From Macrostomum lignano (lineage: Eukaryota), in the NCBI GenBank assembly GCA_002269645.1, contig NIVC01000719.1, positions 238,020-302,019 of the forward strand: a stretch of 64,000 bases of DNA. The letters run 5' to 3'. Each line of letters begins with the position of its first letter. Position 1 is the first letter of the stretch. The translations under genes and the position numbers were made by a program. Of this stretch, positions 37,101-49,900 are shown piece by piece. The notes under the pieces are model-generated. The model was not told the origin of the DNA. It saw only the letters and a list, made by a program, of their open reading frames with translations, and searched no databases.

Positions 37101-40100
37101 TTCGTAAAGAGAAACCTATTTTCCTTAATTATTTTTGTTAGAATCGTCGCTGCACATTTTTTTTGCAAATAATTGAGCTATCACAAATTCACCTTCTGTA
37201 GTTTAGCCTGTCTTTAATGAATTTGATTCCTGGTCAGGTTTTTTCGTTGCTTTCGTTCATTAAATATGTTATTTTGTTATGTAATAAAATAAATGAATCA
37301 TTTAAGGCAAATTCCAAAAAAAATAACTAGAAAGGTAAATTAATTAACAACTAAATTAATAACTAAATTTTTAAATAATCCTTCATAACAATAAATATTG
37401 TTAAAAGTTTAGAAATGGATAATTATTAATAATAAATAATTTAATTTGAAACTTATAGTAAATTGATGTATAAATAAATTTATATTTGATGTTATACTCG
37501 TATAATTTATATATTTTAACAAAATAGATTTCTTTCCAGAGAAGAACTTGAGCTATTAAAAAAGTGAAAACAGGTATTTTAACTTAAAAGGTACCAATAA
37601 TACAATTATTAAAAGGTGTAGTTTAGTTTTCAATAAGGTACTCCAGTATTTAGGGAACAAAAATAATTAAACGAAATACTCGTATCTTCATCTCTACATC
37701 AAAAAAATTTGTTTTACTAGTTCTTACTCGAGCTCTACCCTACATTCTGAGCATATTCGCGGACTGCTCAAATCCCGAACCCTGTACCCCCCCCCCCCCG
37801 AACTCACGCCACCAGTTTCCCAGCATTCCGCTGAGCAGCGAGATGAAAATCGAATTCGAAAGCGAGATCAAGAAGCTGCGCCGGGAGCGAGACGACCTGC
37901 GACAGCACAACGAACAGCTGCAGCAGAAGCTGAAAGATGAAACTGAAAATTTGGAGGCTGCGCAGCGGAAAAAGTTAACGGACATGGAGGAGCTGTTTAA
38001 GAGAAGAGAGGAAATGTGAGGAATTTTACTAAATTGTTTAATGAATTTCAGACGTGTATAAATGAAATATGCTTATTGTAATCTACTGAGTATTGATATA
38101 CTGGGTTACTGATCTATTTGGTATTGGGGTATCGATCTATTGGGGTATTGATCTATTAGGGTAATGATCTATTGTGTATTCATCTATTAGGTTATTGATC
38201 TATTGGGTATTGATCTATTGGGTACTGATCTATTGGGTATTGATCTATTGGGTATTGATCTTTTGGGTATTGATCAATTAGGTTATTGATCTATTGGGTA
38301 TTGATCTATTGGGTATTGATCTATTGGGTATTGATCTATTGGGTATTGATCTATTGTGTATTCATCTATTAGGTTATTGATCTATTGGGTATTGATTTAT
38401 TGGGTATTGATCTGTAGGGTACTGATCTGTTGGGTATTGATCCGTGGGTATTGATCCATTGGTATTGATCTATTGGGTATTAATCCATGGGTATTGATCT
38501 GCATGTGCTGCCACATCTGTCTATCGAATGCACTATTATATAATAATCTAACGGTACCATCTGCCGCAGGCTGCTAAAAGAAAACGACCAGCTGAAGCAG
38601 AAATACCTGGACACCCAGCGGCAGGCGGACCAGGACCGGGCCAGCATGCGGTCGGACTTCAACAGGCAGATCGACGAGTTCGCGCAGGAAAAACGGCGCG
38701 AGCTCGAGCTGCTGCGCGAACAGCATCGCAACGATGTCGAGGCGCTGCGCTCGGCCGCTCCGCACGCCGGCGCCATCAGCAACCTGGTGGACAGGCTCGG
38801 ACACCTGTCCGAGAAGTTGAGCTCGCTCAGCGATCGGGAGAGCACACACAGGCTCAAGGATGAGGTTCAGCGACAAGCGGAACAGACCGACAGGCAGGCG
38901 ATGCGCGAGATTCTGCAGTCGCTGAAAGGTGAGCAGTTTGAGTGAGTTGAGTATGCCCAAGATATTGTCCTAAAAGATCAAAGCTTAATAAATCAAAGCA
39001 AATAGATCAATACCCCAATTGATCAATACCCAATAGATCAGTACACCAATAGATCAATACCCCAATAGATCAATACCCAATGGATAGATCATAGATCAAT
39101 ACCCAATAGATCAATAACCAAAAGATCGATTCCCAATCGATCAATACCCAATAAACCAAAGCAAATAGATCAATAACCAACGGATCAATACCCAATAGAT
39201 CAGTAACCAACGGATCAATACCCAATAGATCAGTAACCAACGGATCAATACCCAATAGATCAGTAACCAACGGATCAATACCCAATAGATCAATACCCAA
39301 TGAATCAAATCAAATAGATCAATACCCCAATAGATCAATACCCCAATAGATCAATACCCCAAATAGATCAATAACCAATAGACCAATAACCAATAGATCA
39401 AAACCAACGGATCAATACCCAATAGATCAATACCCTAATAGATCAATATCCAATAGATCAATACCCAATAGATCAATACTTAATAGCTCAAAATCTGGGG
39501 CAATAGATCAATACCCAATAGATCAGTATCCAATAGATCAATACCCAATAGATCAATACCCAATAGATCAGTATCCAATAGATCAATACCCAATAGATCA
39601 ATACCCAATAGATCAATACCCAATAGATCAATACTTAATAGCTCAAAACCTGGGGCAATAGATCAATACCCAATAGATCAGTATCCAATAGATCAATACC
39701 CAATAGATCAATACCCAATAGATCAATACCCAATAGATCAGTATCCAATAGATCAATACCCAACAGATCAATACCCAATATATCAATACCCGGACGAACC
39801 CCGCAGGCCGCGTGGACGAGTCGGCCAGGTCCGAGCGCTGGCTGAGCGACCTGGCCACCCAGCTGATGGAGGAGCGCAGGACTCTGGCAGCCGAGCGTTC
39901 CGAGCTGCGCGCCCTGAAGCTGGGCGAAGGCGCCAGGCAGGCGGACAGCGAGGCGGAGCGGCTGGCTTTGGCCGAGGAGCGGACCCGGCTGCAGGAGCTG
40001 GAAGTCCGGCTGCGGCACAGCCGCGGCGATGTGCTCCGGCAGAAGTGAGCGGCATCTGAGGGTGGGACCGGGTGGCCGGGTTCTCAGGTCACTGGGTTCA

Positions 40101-43100
40101 TTGGTTGTCGGGTTCTCAGGTCACGGGTTCATTGGTTGCCGGGTTCTCAGGTCACTGGGTTCATTGGTTGTCGGGTTCTCAGGTCACGGGTTCATTGGTT
40201 GCCGGGTTCTCAGGTCACTGGGTTCATTGGTTGCCGGGTTCTCAGGTCACGGGTTCATTGGTTGCCGGGTTCTCAGGTCACTGGGTTCATTGGTTGCCGG
40301 GTTCTCAGGTCACTGGGTTCATTGGTTGCCGGGTTCTCAGGTCACGGGTTCATTGGTTGCCGGGTTCTCAGGTCACTGGGTTCATTGGTTGCCGGGTTCT
40401 CAGGTCACTGGGTTCATTGGTTGCCGGGTTCTCAGGTCACTGGGTTCATTGGTTGCCGGGTTCTCAGGTCACTGGGTTCATTGATTGCCGGATTCATTGG
40501 GTATTGAGTCACTGGGTTCATTGGGTTTTGAGTCACTTGGTTCATTGGGTATGGTTTATGGGCATTAATCGCGCTAAACATGTCACATGTACTTTTTATT
40601 ATAAGTAAGAGGTTAATATCAATAGTTCCAGTGGAGCAAAGAAACCAGAGGCATTCCAAAGATACATGTACATCCGTTTCAGAACAGAGCTGGAGACCCT
40701 GGCAGAGGAGTTGAAGCTCAGAGAAGAAAAGCTTAAAGACGGTCAACGATCCCTTGAAGAGCGGTTGGAGGTGAGCTATTTTGTTACACTTGAAAGTACA
40801 GAGTGTACCTTTAGTGGGAGGACGTTTCGCAAGCTCGAAATATCTGTAGCTTGTGAAGTCTGTAGCTTGTGAAGTCTGTAGCTTGTGAAGTCTGTAGCTT
40901 GTGAAGTCTGTAGCTTGTGAAGTCTGTAGCTTGTGAAGTCTGTAGCTTGTGAAGTCTGTAGCTTGTGAAGTCTGTAGCTTGTGAAGTCTGTAGCTTGTGA
41001 AGTCTGTAGCTTGTGAAGTCTGTAGCTTGTGAAGTCTGTAGCTTGTGAAGTTTGTAGCTTGTGAAGTCTGTAGCTTGTGAAGTCTGTAGCTTGTGAAGTC
41101 TGTAGCTTGTGAAGTCTGTAGCTTGTGAAGTCTGTAGCTTGTGAAGTCTGTAGCTTGTGAAGTCTGTAGCTTGTGAAGTCTGTAGCTTGTGAAGTCTGTA
41201 GCTTGTGAAGTCTGTAGCTTGTGAAGTCTGTAGCTTGTGAAGTCTGTAGCTTGTGAAGTCTGTAGCTTGTGAAGTCTGTAGCTTGTGAAGTCTGTAGCTT
41301 GTGAAGTCTGTAGCTTGTGAAGTCTGTAGCTTGTGAAGTCTGTAGCTTGTGAAGTCTGTAGCTTGTGAAGTCTGTAGCTTGTGAAGTCTGTAGCTTGTGA
41401 AGTCTGTAGCTTGTGAAGTCTGTAGCTTGTGAAGTCTGTAGCTTGTGAAGTCTGTAGCTTGTGAAGTCTGTAGCTTGTGAAGTCTGTAGCTTGTGAAGTC
41501 TGTAGCTTGTGAAGTCTGTAGCTTGTGAAGTCTGTAGCTTGTGAAGTCTGTGGCTTGTGAAGGGGACCACTTGGATAATAAAAGTACATTATATAAATTT
41601 GCCCCAGATTGTGTCCCGGCGCGAGAAGGCGCAACGTGAGCAGCAGGCGCGCCTGGAGGCTGCCGCAGTGGAGCAGGCGGAGCAGGCCAAGCGGGCGGAC
41701 GGCATGCAGTCTCGACTGGCCGAGCTGCGCGCCAAGGAGCGCGACGTGTCGCAGGCGCTCATTCAGCTGGCCGAGGAGCGGGCGAGTCTGGACAAACGGG
41801 CCGGCGGCCTGTTGTGCGCCAGCTGCCGAGCGCCTGTCAAGGACTCGATGAACGGCGGCTTCGGCTCCGCGCTGCAGCTGGCCGGCTCGGTTGATTCCGC
41901 GTTCTCAAGGAGCCGCGTGAGTTGCTGGGGTCATTGATGAGTACTGTCAGCCATTTGTCATGGATTGGTGGTGTCATTGGCTATGGAGTGGTGGGGTCAT
42001 TAGTCATAGATTTGTAGGTCATTATTCATGGATTTGTGGGGTCATTGGCTATGGAGTGGTGGGGTCATTAGTCATAGATTGTTAATGTAATTAGTCATGA
42101 ATATGTGGTCATTAGTCATGGATTTCTAAAGTCATTAGTCATGGATTGGTAGGGTCATTAGTCATGGATTGGTGGGTCATTATAGTCATGGATTGGTAGG
42201 GTCATTAGTCATGGATTGGTGGGGTCATTATAGTCATGGATTTGTAGGTTTATTAGTCATCGATTGGTAGGGTCATTAGTCATGGATTGGTAGGGTCATT
42301 AGTCATGGATTGGTGGGGTCATTATAGTCATGGATTTGTAGGTTTATTAGTCATGGATTGGTGGGGTCATTATAGTCATGGATTTGTAGGTTTATTAGTC
42401 ATGGATTGGTAGGGTCATTAGTCATGGATTGGTAGGGTCATTATAGTCATGGATTTGTAGGTTTATTAGTCATCGATTGGTAGGGTCATTAGTCATGGAT
42501 TGGTAGGGTCATTAGTCATGGATTGGTGGGGTCATTATAGTCATGGATTGGTAGGGTCATTAGTCATGGATTGGTGGGGTCATTATAGTCATGGATTGGT
42601 GGGGTCATTATAGTCATGGATTGGTAGGGTCATTAGTCATGGATTGGTAGGGTCAATAGTCATGGATTGGTGGGGTCATTAGTCATGGATTGGTGGGGTC
42701 ATTATAGTCATGGATTGGTGGGGTCATTAGTCATGGATTGGTGGGGTCATTATAGTCATGGATTGGTGAGGGTCATTATAGTCATGGATTGGTGAGGGTC
42801 ATTATAGTCATGGATTGGTGGGGTCATTATAGTCATGGATTGGTGGGGTCATTATAGTCATGGATTGGTGAGGGTCATTATAGTCATGGATTGGTGGGGT
42901 CATTATAGTCATGGATTGGTGGGGTCATTATAGTCATGGATTTGTAGGGTCATTAGTCATGGATTGGTAGGGTCATTAGTCATGGATTGGTAGGGTCATT
43001 AGTCATGGATAGGGTCATTAGTCATGGATTGGTAGGGTCATTAGTCATGGATTGGTAGGGTCATTAGTCATGGATTGGTGGGGTCATTAGTCATGGATTG

Positions 43101-43495
43101 GTGGGGTCATTATAGTCATGGATTGGTGGGGTCATTATAGTCATGGATTGGTGGGGTCATTATAGTCATGGATTGGTGGGGTCATTATAGTCATGGATTG
43201 GTGGGGTCATTATAGTCATGGATTGGTGGGGTCATTATAGTCATGGATTGGTGGGGTCATTATAGTCATGGATTTGTAGGGTCATTAGTCATGGATTGGT
43301 AGGGTCATTAGTCATGGATTGGTAGGATCATTAGTCATGGATTTGTAGGTTTATTAGTCATGGATTGGTGGATCAGTAAGTCACAAATAGAAAGAAATAA
43401 TTCATATGCATTGATTAATTCATTTTCAGCAATGGGACGACCTCGAGGAAGAGAAACTGTACCTGGAATCATTGAATCACGCTCCCTACGGCTGA
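31173..43495 (+). CDS. FBF1: Fas-binding factor 1 homolog (centriole distal-appendage / ciliary transition-fibre coiled-coil protein)
   Basis: Exons 31173-31179, 31253-31735, 31957-32600, 33133-33261 (tentative), 37816-38015, 38570-38928, 39807-40044, 40683-40770, 41608-41916, 43430-43495, phases consistent. KRREEMLLKENDQLKQKYL...FAQEKRRELELLREQHR ~ human KRREERLRRENEELSARYL...IAQEKDQEMERLRELQR; AAPHAGAISNLVDRL ~ ATSHTRSLNSIIHQM; C-terminal EEEKLYLESLNHAPY ~ ENEQFFLETLKKGSY. Confidence 0.8.
33420..37000. repeat. 23-bp minisatellite (CCAATTGGTTATTTCCGAAAACT)n, ~3.6 kb, with higher-order duplications
   Basis: Seen directly; the variant pattern recurs at 276-bp and 828-bp spacing. Confidence 0.98.
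38085..38490 (+). repeat. 15-bp minisatellite (GGGTATTGATCTATT)n
   Basis: Seen directly in the FBF1 intron upstream of exon 38570-38928. Confidence 0.93.
38995..39790 (-). repeat. Same 15-bp minisatellite in inverted orientation (AATAGATCAATACCC)n
   Basis: Exact reverse complement of the unit in the preceding intron. Confidence 0.95.
40060..40490. repeat. 31-32-bp minisatellite (GGGTTCTCAGGTCACTGGGTTCATTGGTTGCC)n
   Basis: Seen directly. Confidence 0.94.
40845..41560. repeat. 16-bp nearly homogeneous minisatellite (CTGTAGCTTGTGAAGT)n
   Basis: Seen directly; one internal variant near 41051. Confidence 0.97.
41960..43370. repeat. 23-25-bp minisatellite (GTCATGGATTGGTGGGGTCATTATA)n in the last FBF1 intron
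   Basis: Seen directly. Confidence 0.95.
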
Positions 43496-43899
43496 ACCTA
43501 CGCTCGTACACTTAATCAAGCCCTAAATTTTCTTTTTTATTAATGTGGTTAATTTCTACCAACTGCGTATAGAACGAATTGCTTATTCTTAGATGGCTGT
43601 GCCGTCGGTTTTCGAATTTTCAAAATCTGTTGTGCATTCGAATTAATAAAAATGTATATATATATTTTTTGTCTCCTATTGCTACAATATAAAAGCTGTG
43701 TTATTTAAAATCCCATTGATTTCTTATTTAAGCGTTTCAGATTCTGTTGTTAATGTAATTATAGTTTGAGCCGATCATAGAGAAAGATGTAACGTAATTA
43801 AATATAATTTTTCTGTGAAATGCGAACACTAACTGGATTAGTGTCGAATAATATTTATTATAATAATTTGCCTACGTGATTTCGAACACACAGTCGTAA

Positions 43900-44890
43900 C
43901 AACAACGGTCATACAGTCGCGATCAAAGCAACAAAAATGGTCATACAGTCACGATCATAGCAAAAATAATGGTCATACAGTCACGATTATAGCAACAACA
44001 ATGGTCATACAGTCACGATCATAGCAACAACAATGGTCATACAGTCACGATTATAGCAACAACAATGGTCATACAGTCACGATCATAGCAACAAAAATGG
44101 TCATACAGTCACGATCATAGCAACAACAATGGTCATACAGTCACGATCATAGCAACAACAATGGTCATACAGTCACGATTATAGCAACAATAATGATCAT
44201 ACAGTCCCGCTCCTAGCAACAAAAATGGTCATACAGTCACGATCATAGCAACCATAATGGTCATACAGTCACGATCATAGCAACAATAATGGTCATACAG
44301 TCACGATCATAGCAACAATAATGGTCATACAGTCACGATCATAGCAACAATAATGGTCATACAGTCACGATCATAGCAACAATAATGGTCATACAGTCAC
44401 GCTCCGAGCAACAATATTGGTCATACAGTCACGATGATAGCAACAATATTGGTCATACAGTCACGATCATAGCAACAATAATGGTCATACAGTCACGCTC
44501 CGAGCAACAATAATGGTCATACAGTCACGATCATAGCAACAATAATGGTCATACAGTCACGATCATAGCAACAATAATGGTCATACAGTCACGCTCCGAG
44601 CAACAATATTGGTCATACAGTCACGATGATAGCAACAATATTGGTCATACAGTCACGATCATAGCAACAATAATGGTCATACAGTCACGCTCCGAGCAAC
44701 AATATTGGTCATACAGTCACGATGATAGCAACAATAATGGTCATACAGTCCCAATCACAGCAACAAAAATGATCATAGTCACGATCATAGCAACAATATT
44801 GATCAGAGTCACGATCATGGCAACAATAATGGTCATACAGTCCCGATAATAACAACAATAATGGTCATGAAGTCACGATCAAAGCAACAG
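43900..44890. repeat. 32-bp minisatellite (GGTCATACAGTCACGATCATAGCAACAATAAT)n
   Basis: Seen directly, downstream of the FBF1 stop. Confidence 0.95.
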
Positions 44891-45692
44891 TCAATCATAG
44901 CAATATTTCCATACAAGCAGAATTCCATACAGAAAAATAAAAGAAGAATTCTAAATCAACTATATAGAATTAAAATTTTAATAGTGAATACAAGCAACCA
45001 AGACTTTGATTAAACATCAAGATATAGAATTCCGAATGTATTTATAGTTTAAACATAGGCGTACACACAAGAACCGATTGTGTGATTCAAGAATGAATGA
45101 ACTTCCCATTATTGTGTAAGAAATTTTAACACAGATAAAACACAAACAATTGATATCGAATGAAATTTAAAAAATACGTGATTCGTTGATTAACTATTGA
45201 CAGTAGTAACCAAACAATTTTTATGCCCACTTTTGGTCCACTGTCAGAGAATGAAGCAGGTCAGCTGTAAGAACCTATTAAACAATAATAAAATCAAACG
45301 TAATTGAATTTAGAAAAATAATTATAGATTCTTCAAAGGCAAAGTTAACAGTGGCAAACAAATTAAATATATTAGTGTACCTATCTGTATTAATGTGTAA
45401 CCTTTAGTAACAGTAACAATCATTATGAAACTGATGCCAGTAGTAAGTCCACAGTGGTTACACATTCTTGGCACACAAAAATAGTGTTTGACATAACTTG
45501 GTCGATACACAAGCTTGTCGATTATTCGGTACTAAAAGGACGGACTTAACAGTAGCAAACATTAGTGGCAATACAAAAATAACTAGGATGTCACTTTCAA
45601 TTAATTTTTTTAAAGCAGAGCGTCTACTCTGTTTTCAGTAGTTTGTCTGTGCAGTGTCGCTTAAATTTAATGCACTTAATGTACAAAAGTGA

Positions 45693-45920
45693 CTAGGGGG
45701 GCAGGCCCAATCTGGCTCAGCCAATGAGAGAGCAGTAAGGAGAGAAGTCCAAGTTAGACGGACGAAACTCAGCTAGGGGGGGAGGCCGAATCAAGCTCAG
45801 CCAATGAGAGAGCAGTAAGGGAGAAAAAATAAAGTTAGACGGACGAAACTCAGCCTAGGGGGCAGGCCTTATCTAGCTCAGCCAATGAGAGAGGAGTAAA
45901 GAAAGAAATTAAAGTTAGCC
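45693..45920 (+). repeat. Three ~81-bp direct repeats, each with a G-run/GC-box-like motif and an AGCCAATGAG CCAAT box
   Basis: Copies start at about 45693, 45773 and 45855. Confidence 0.8.
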
Positions 45921-45990
45921 TAACTGTTTATCACTCTGGCTGGAGGCTGGGCGCCACCCCCCCTTTCTCAATTGCTTGCTATGCAACGCA

Positions 45991-46430
45991 CTAGATTTGG
46001 GTGCAGCTTCAAACAGGACAAAGACGTTAATTTATTGGTTCTGCTTGTAGAAAGCCAGAGGCGATTGTTGCAGCTTTAAAAACTTTAATATCGTGCAAAA
46101 TTCAACAATACATATTTCCTTGTATTATAAAGGCAAAAACGCTAATTTTGCTACTGAAAAGAGTGCCTGAGCGTATTTTTAGCGGGTTACAATTATGTTA
46201 AAGGTGGTAAAAACGAAGCAAAAGTTAATTAATGAAGTCACACAGCAAAATGTCTTTACAAAAGAACTAAGCTAAAAGAATATTGCTGGGTAAATTTTGT
46301 GATGATAAAGTTTTGCGCACATTTAGTGCACTGTAGTGGACTAAAATAAGGGGCAGGATACATTTTGTTGGTCGTTGCCAAAGAAAGAATGAGAGACGGA
46401 CACACAGACACTTGGAAATAGATAGATAGA
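45991..46430 (-). mobile_element. Probable non-autonomous Helitron-like element
   Basis: Minus strand begins A|TC(TATC)n...GTGTCTGTGTGTCCGTC and ends ...CCCAAATCTAG|T, i.e. TC/CTAG termini in an A-T target. The subterminal hairpin is not convincing. Confidence 0.45.
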
Positions 46431-46974
46431 TAAAGTTATGGTCATTAGGTTGCTAATCACTAAAAGTGGGTAGAACCGTAGGCGTATAAGTGGGGTGGGT
46501 AAAGTGGGCAAATAGGTAGATAGTGTGGTAGGTACAGATATAGGGTAGCGTAGGTAGGGGACGTAGGGTATTTAGCCTTGTGTGTAGGCAGGTTATACAT
46601 GGATAAGTAAATAGATAGGTAGGTACACATGTAAGTAGGGAGCAGGGAGGTAAGGTAAACAAGTACGGTAGTTTGGTAGGGTAGATATGTAAGATAGCTA
46701 GGTAGATAAACTGGTAGATAGTAGGTACGCAAGGTAAATATGGTTGATAGGTAGGTAGGTAGGTAGGTAGGTAGGTAGGTAGGTAGGTAGGTAGGTAGGT
46801 AGGTAAGTGGCAGGTATGAAGGTAGGTAGGTAGCTAGGCAGGTTAGATAGTTGCAGAAAGGCAGACGGACACAGGCAGACACACTGCTAGTCTTCACAGG
46901 CAAATAAATAAGAATCGCACAAGATGCAAACGCACCCAAAAATCAGATTCGATTCCGTTCTCAATGACGGCCTC

Positions 46975-49900
46975 TCAAATCGCCGCGGCGCCGCCCCGGC
47001 CGCCGTTATTGCCGCGCAACAATTCCGTCATGTCGAATTCTTCGTTCGATTCGCCGCCGCTGTCGCCATCGCAGTCGTAGACGTCGTCAACTCCGACGCC
47101 GCCGGCGCCGGCTACCCGCAGATGCCGAGCGGATGCCGACGAGGCGAAGCGAGTCTTGGCCAGAGCGCAGACGGCGCCAACTGAGCACAGGCCGACCAGC
47201 AGGAGCGGGCTGGTCACCCGAACCAGGACGCCTGGGCTGGACGTGGCCCGGTGCAGGTAGCCGGTGAGCGCCGGCACCAGCATTTCGCCTGTCAGCTGGC
47301 CGCAGATGAGGAACACGGCTGCGCACCTGGTGGGCAAGGGGGGTGTGGCGAGGTCTCAGATATGGGCGCTCTGGGAGAACTAGTTTAGGATCGGAATGCG
47401 AATCGAAAGTTAGGGATGTATGGCTTTGAGGATTTACGGATTGGTGGATTTGAGGATTGAGGGACTTTAGATTGGTGATTTGGGATTGGGGATTGGGGAT
47501 TTGTGGACTCAGGAATTGAGGGATATGGGGATTGGGGATTGAGGGATATGGGGATTGGGGGTTGAGGGATTTGGGGATTGGGGGTTGAGGGATTCGGGGA
47601 TTGGGGGTTGAGGGATTCGGGGATTGGGGGATTGAGGGATTGGAGATTTGGGCATTTGGGATTTGGGGATTAGGGAGTCTGAAGGGTCTGAAGCTTTGAG
47701 AATTAAGCCACCAGCCATATAAAATAGTCACCTAAAGTTGCCATAGGACAATAGCCGTTCGCACAGGTCCACCAGACCCGTGAGCATAGGCGCCAGTCCG
47801 ACTCCGGTGAGTAGAGCGGCGGCCCACAGCCAGGCGTGGCCAGCTGGCCAGAACAGGGCCACACCGACAGTCAGCAAGACGGAGTTCAAGCCCAGCTGCA
47901 GAGCCGGGGCGCGCAGACAACGCAGACAGCAGCACAGGGCCAGCAGGCGGGACAGCAGCATGCCCAGGTACATTAATCCGGTAATTAGCAAGCCGGATCG
48001 AACTGTCAGGCCCAGATAACGAACCGAATAGCTAAACAGATAGCCGCCCAGCGTCACCTCGAGGCCGTGCAGGCAGAAGCCGGCGCAGAAAAGGCAGACC
48101 CGCATGATCACGTGATCAGCCGACATGGTCACCGACGACAGGGCGGCGTTGGCTGCGGCCGAGGAGGAAGAAGCGCTGGGGAACTGGTAGGCTGGACAGC
48201 TGCATGAGCAGACTGCCAGCAGCAGAGCAGCAATAGCGGCTGCGCAGGCCAGGATGATGTACAGAGTCTGCAACGAGCTCAGGCCGCGCCAGTAGGCAAG
48301 AGCAGCCGATGCCGGAGACGCAGTGGGCGTCGGTTTAGGTGACGACAGCGTTGCTGACTGCCCCGGTATTGTTGTTGTCAGTGTAGTTGCCCAAATTGAC
48401 GACGTAGTGTAAGTCTTTGTGTTCGTAGTGGGGGAGCTACTAGTTACAGCTGGAGCCTTTGTCGTGCTATCAGTAGTCTTTGTCGTGCTATAAGTAGTCT
48501 TTGTCGTGCTATCAGTAGTCTTTGTCGTGCTATCAGTAGTCTTTGTCGTGCTAGCAGTAATCTTTTTCGTACTATCAGTAGTCTTTATCGTGCTAGCAGT
48601 AGTCTTTGTCGTGCTATCAATAGTCTTTGTCGTGCTAGCAATGGTCTTTGTTGTGCTATCAGTAGTCTTTGTCGTGCTAGCAGTAGTCTTTGTTGTGCTA
48701 TCAGTAGTCTTTGTTGTGCTATCAGTAGTCTTTGTCGTGCTAGCAGTAGTCTTTGTTGTACTAGCAGTAGGTTCTGTTGAACTAACGGTAGTCTCTATTG
48801 ATCCTTCGGTATCGATTGCTGCACTCACTACTACACTAGTGTTTGTAGCCGTCTTTGTAATTGTATAGCCAGTATTGTTAACAATATCCGGTTTCGGAGC
48901 AACTGTCACAGAAATATTCGCAGTCGAATTGATTCCAGGAAATTCTGTGGAATTCGCCTGAATGCCAGGACTTGTGGTAGAATTAAGGGCAGGTTGCGGC
49001 ACTGACGAGCTTTTCACGCCAGAAAAGCTGCCCGCCGAGGCGGCGGCGTGTTGCTCTTTGTGAATTTGGCCAACACGCTGGGCTTCTTTGTGAAGCTTCA
49101 CTTTGTTGCCAGACACGCTGCCGTCTGCTACGTGCGGCGACTGATTCAACTGCTGGCTATCCGTGATACCCGGCTTCTTGGACTTCTGCGGGGCCGGCGG
49201 CGGTGCTGCAGATGAAGCTGCAACTGCAGAGGATGCTGGAGCTGCAACCGAAGGCTGCGGAGCTGCAACTGAAGGCTGTGGAGCTGCAACCGAAGACTGC
49301 GGAACTGCAACTGAAGGCTGTGGAGCTGCAACCGAAGACTGCGGAACTGCAACTGAAGGCTGTGGAGCTGCAACCGAAGACTGCGGAGCTGCAACCAAAG
49401 GCTTCAACTGAGCGCTAGCTACAGACGGCAGTTCAGCAGCAGAAGACTGCAAAGCTGCTGCCGCATTGCTCAATCCAGCGGAAGCAGACCTGACGGCTCG
49501 ACCGGAACGGGAGTCGAGGCCGGTCAGCATGCGGAGGTCTTTGTGCTGACGCAGCAGGGTAACGTTGCCGGGCACGAGGCCGCCGCCGACTCCGCTGCCG
49601 CCGCAGGCGAGAGCGGTCAGAGGCGCCAGCAGCATGCCAAGAGCGCTGGCGGCCAGAAACAGGCGGCGAGGCAGTCCGCTAGACGAGTAGTGATGCTGGA
49701 ACACGGCTGATGCAGCGCTTAGGCAGAGCAGCAATCCGAATCCCTGAGGAACGGTCGGGTGGGATTAAAGTACATATGAAAATATATTATCATCAGATAG
49801 ACTGAAAAACTATTCTAATCCTAATGACCACAGTCTAGCAATCCACTCTGACTGCTACAGTCTAGCAATCCACTCTGACTGCTACAGTCTAGCAATCCAC

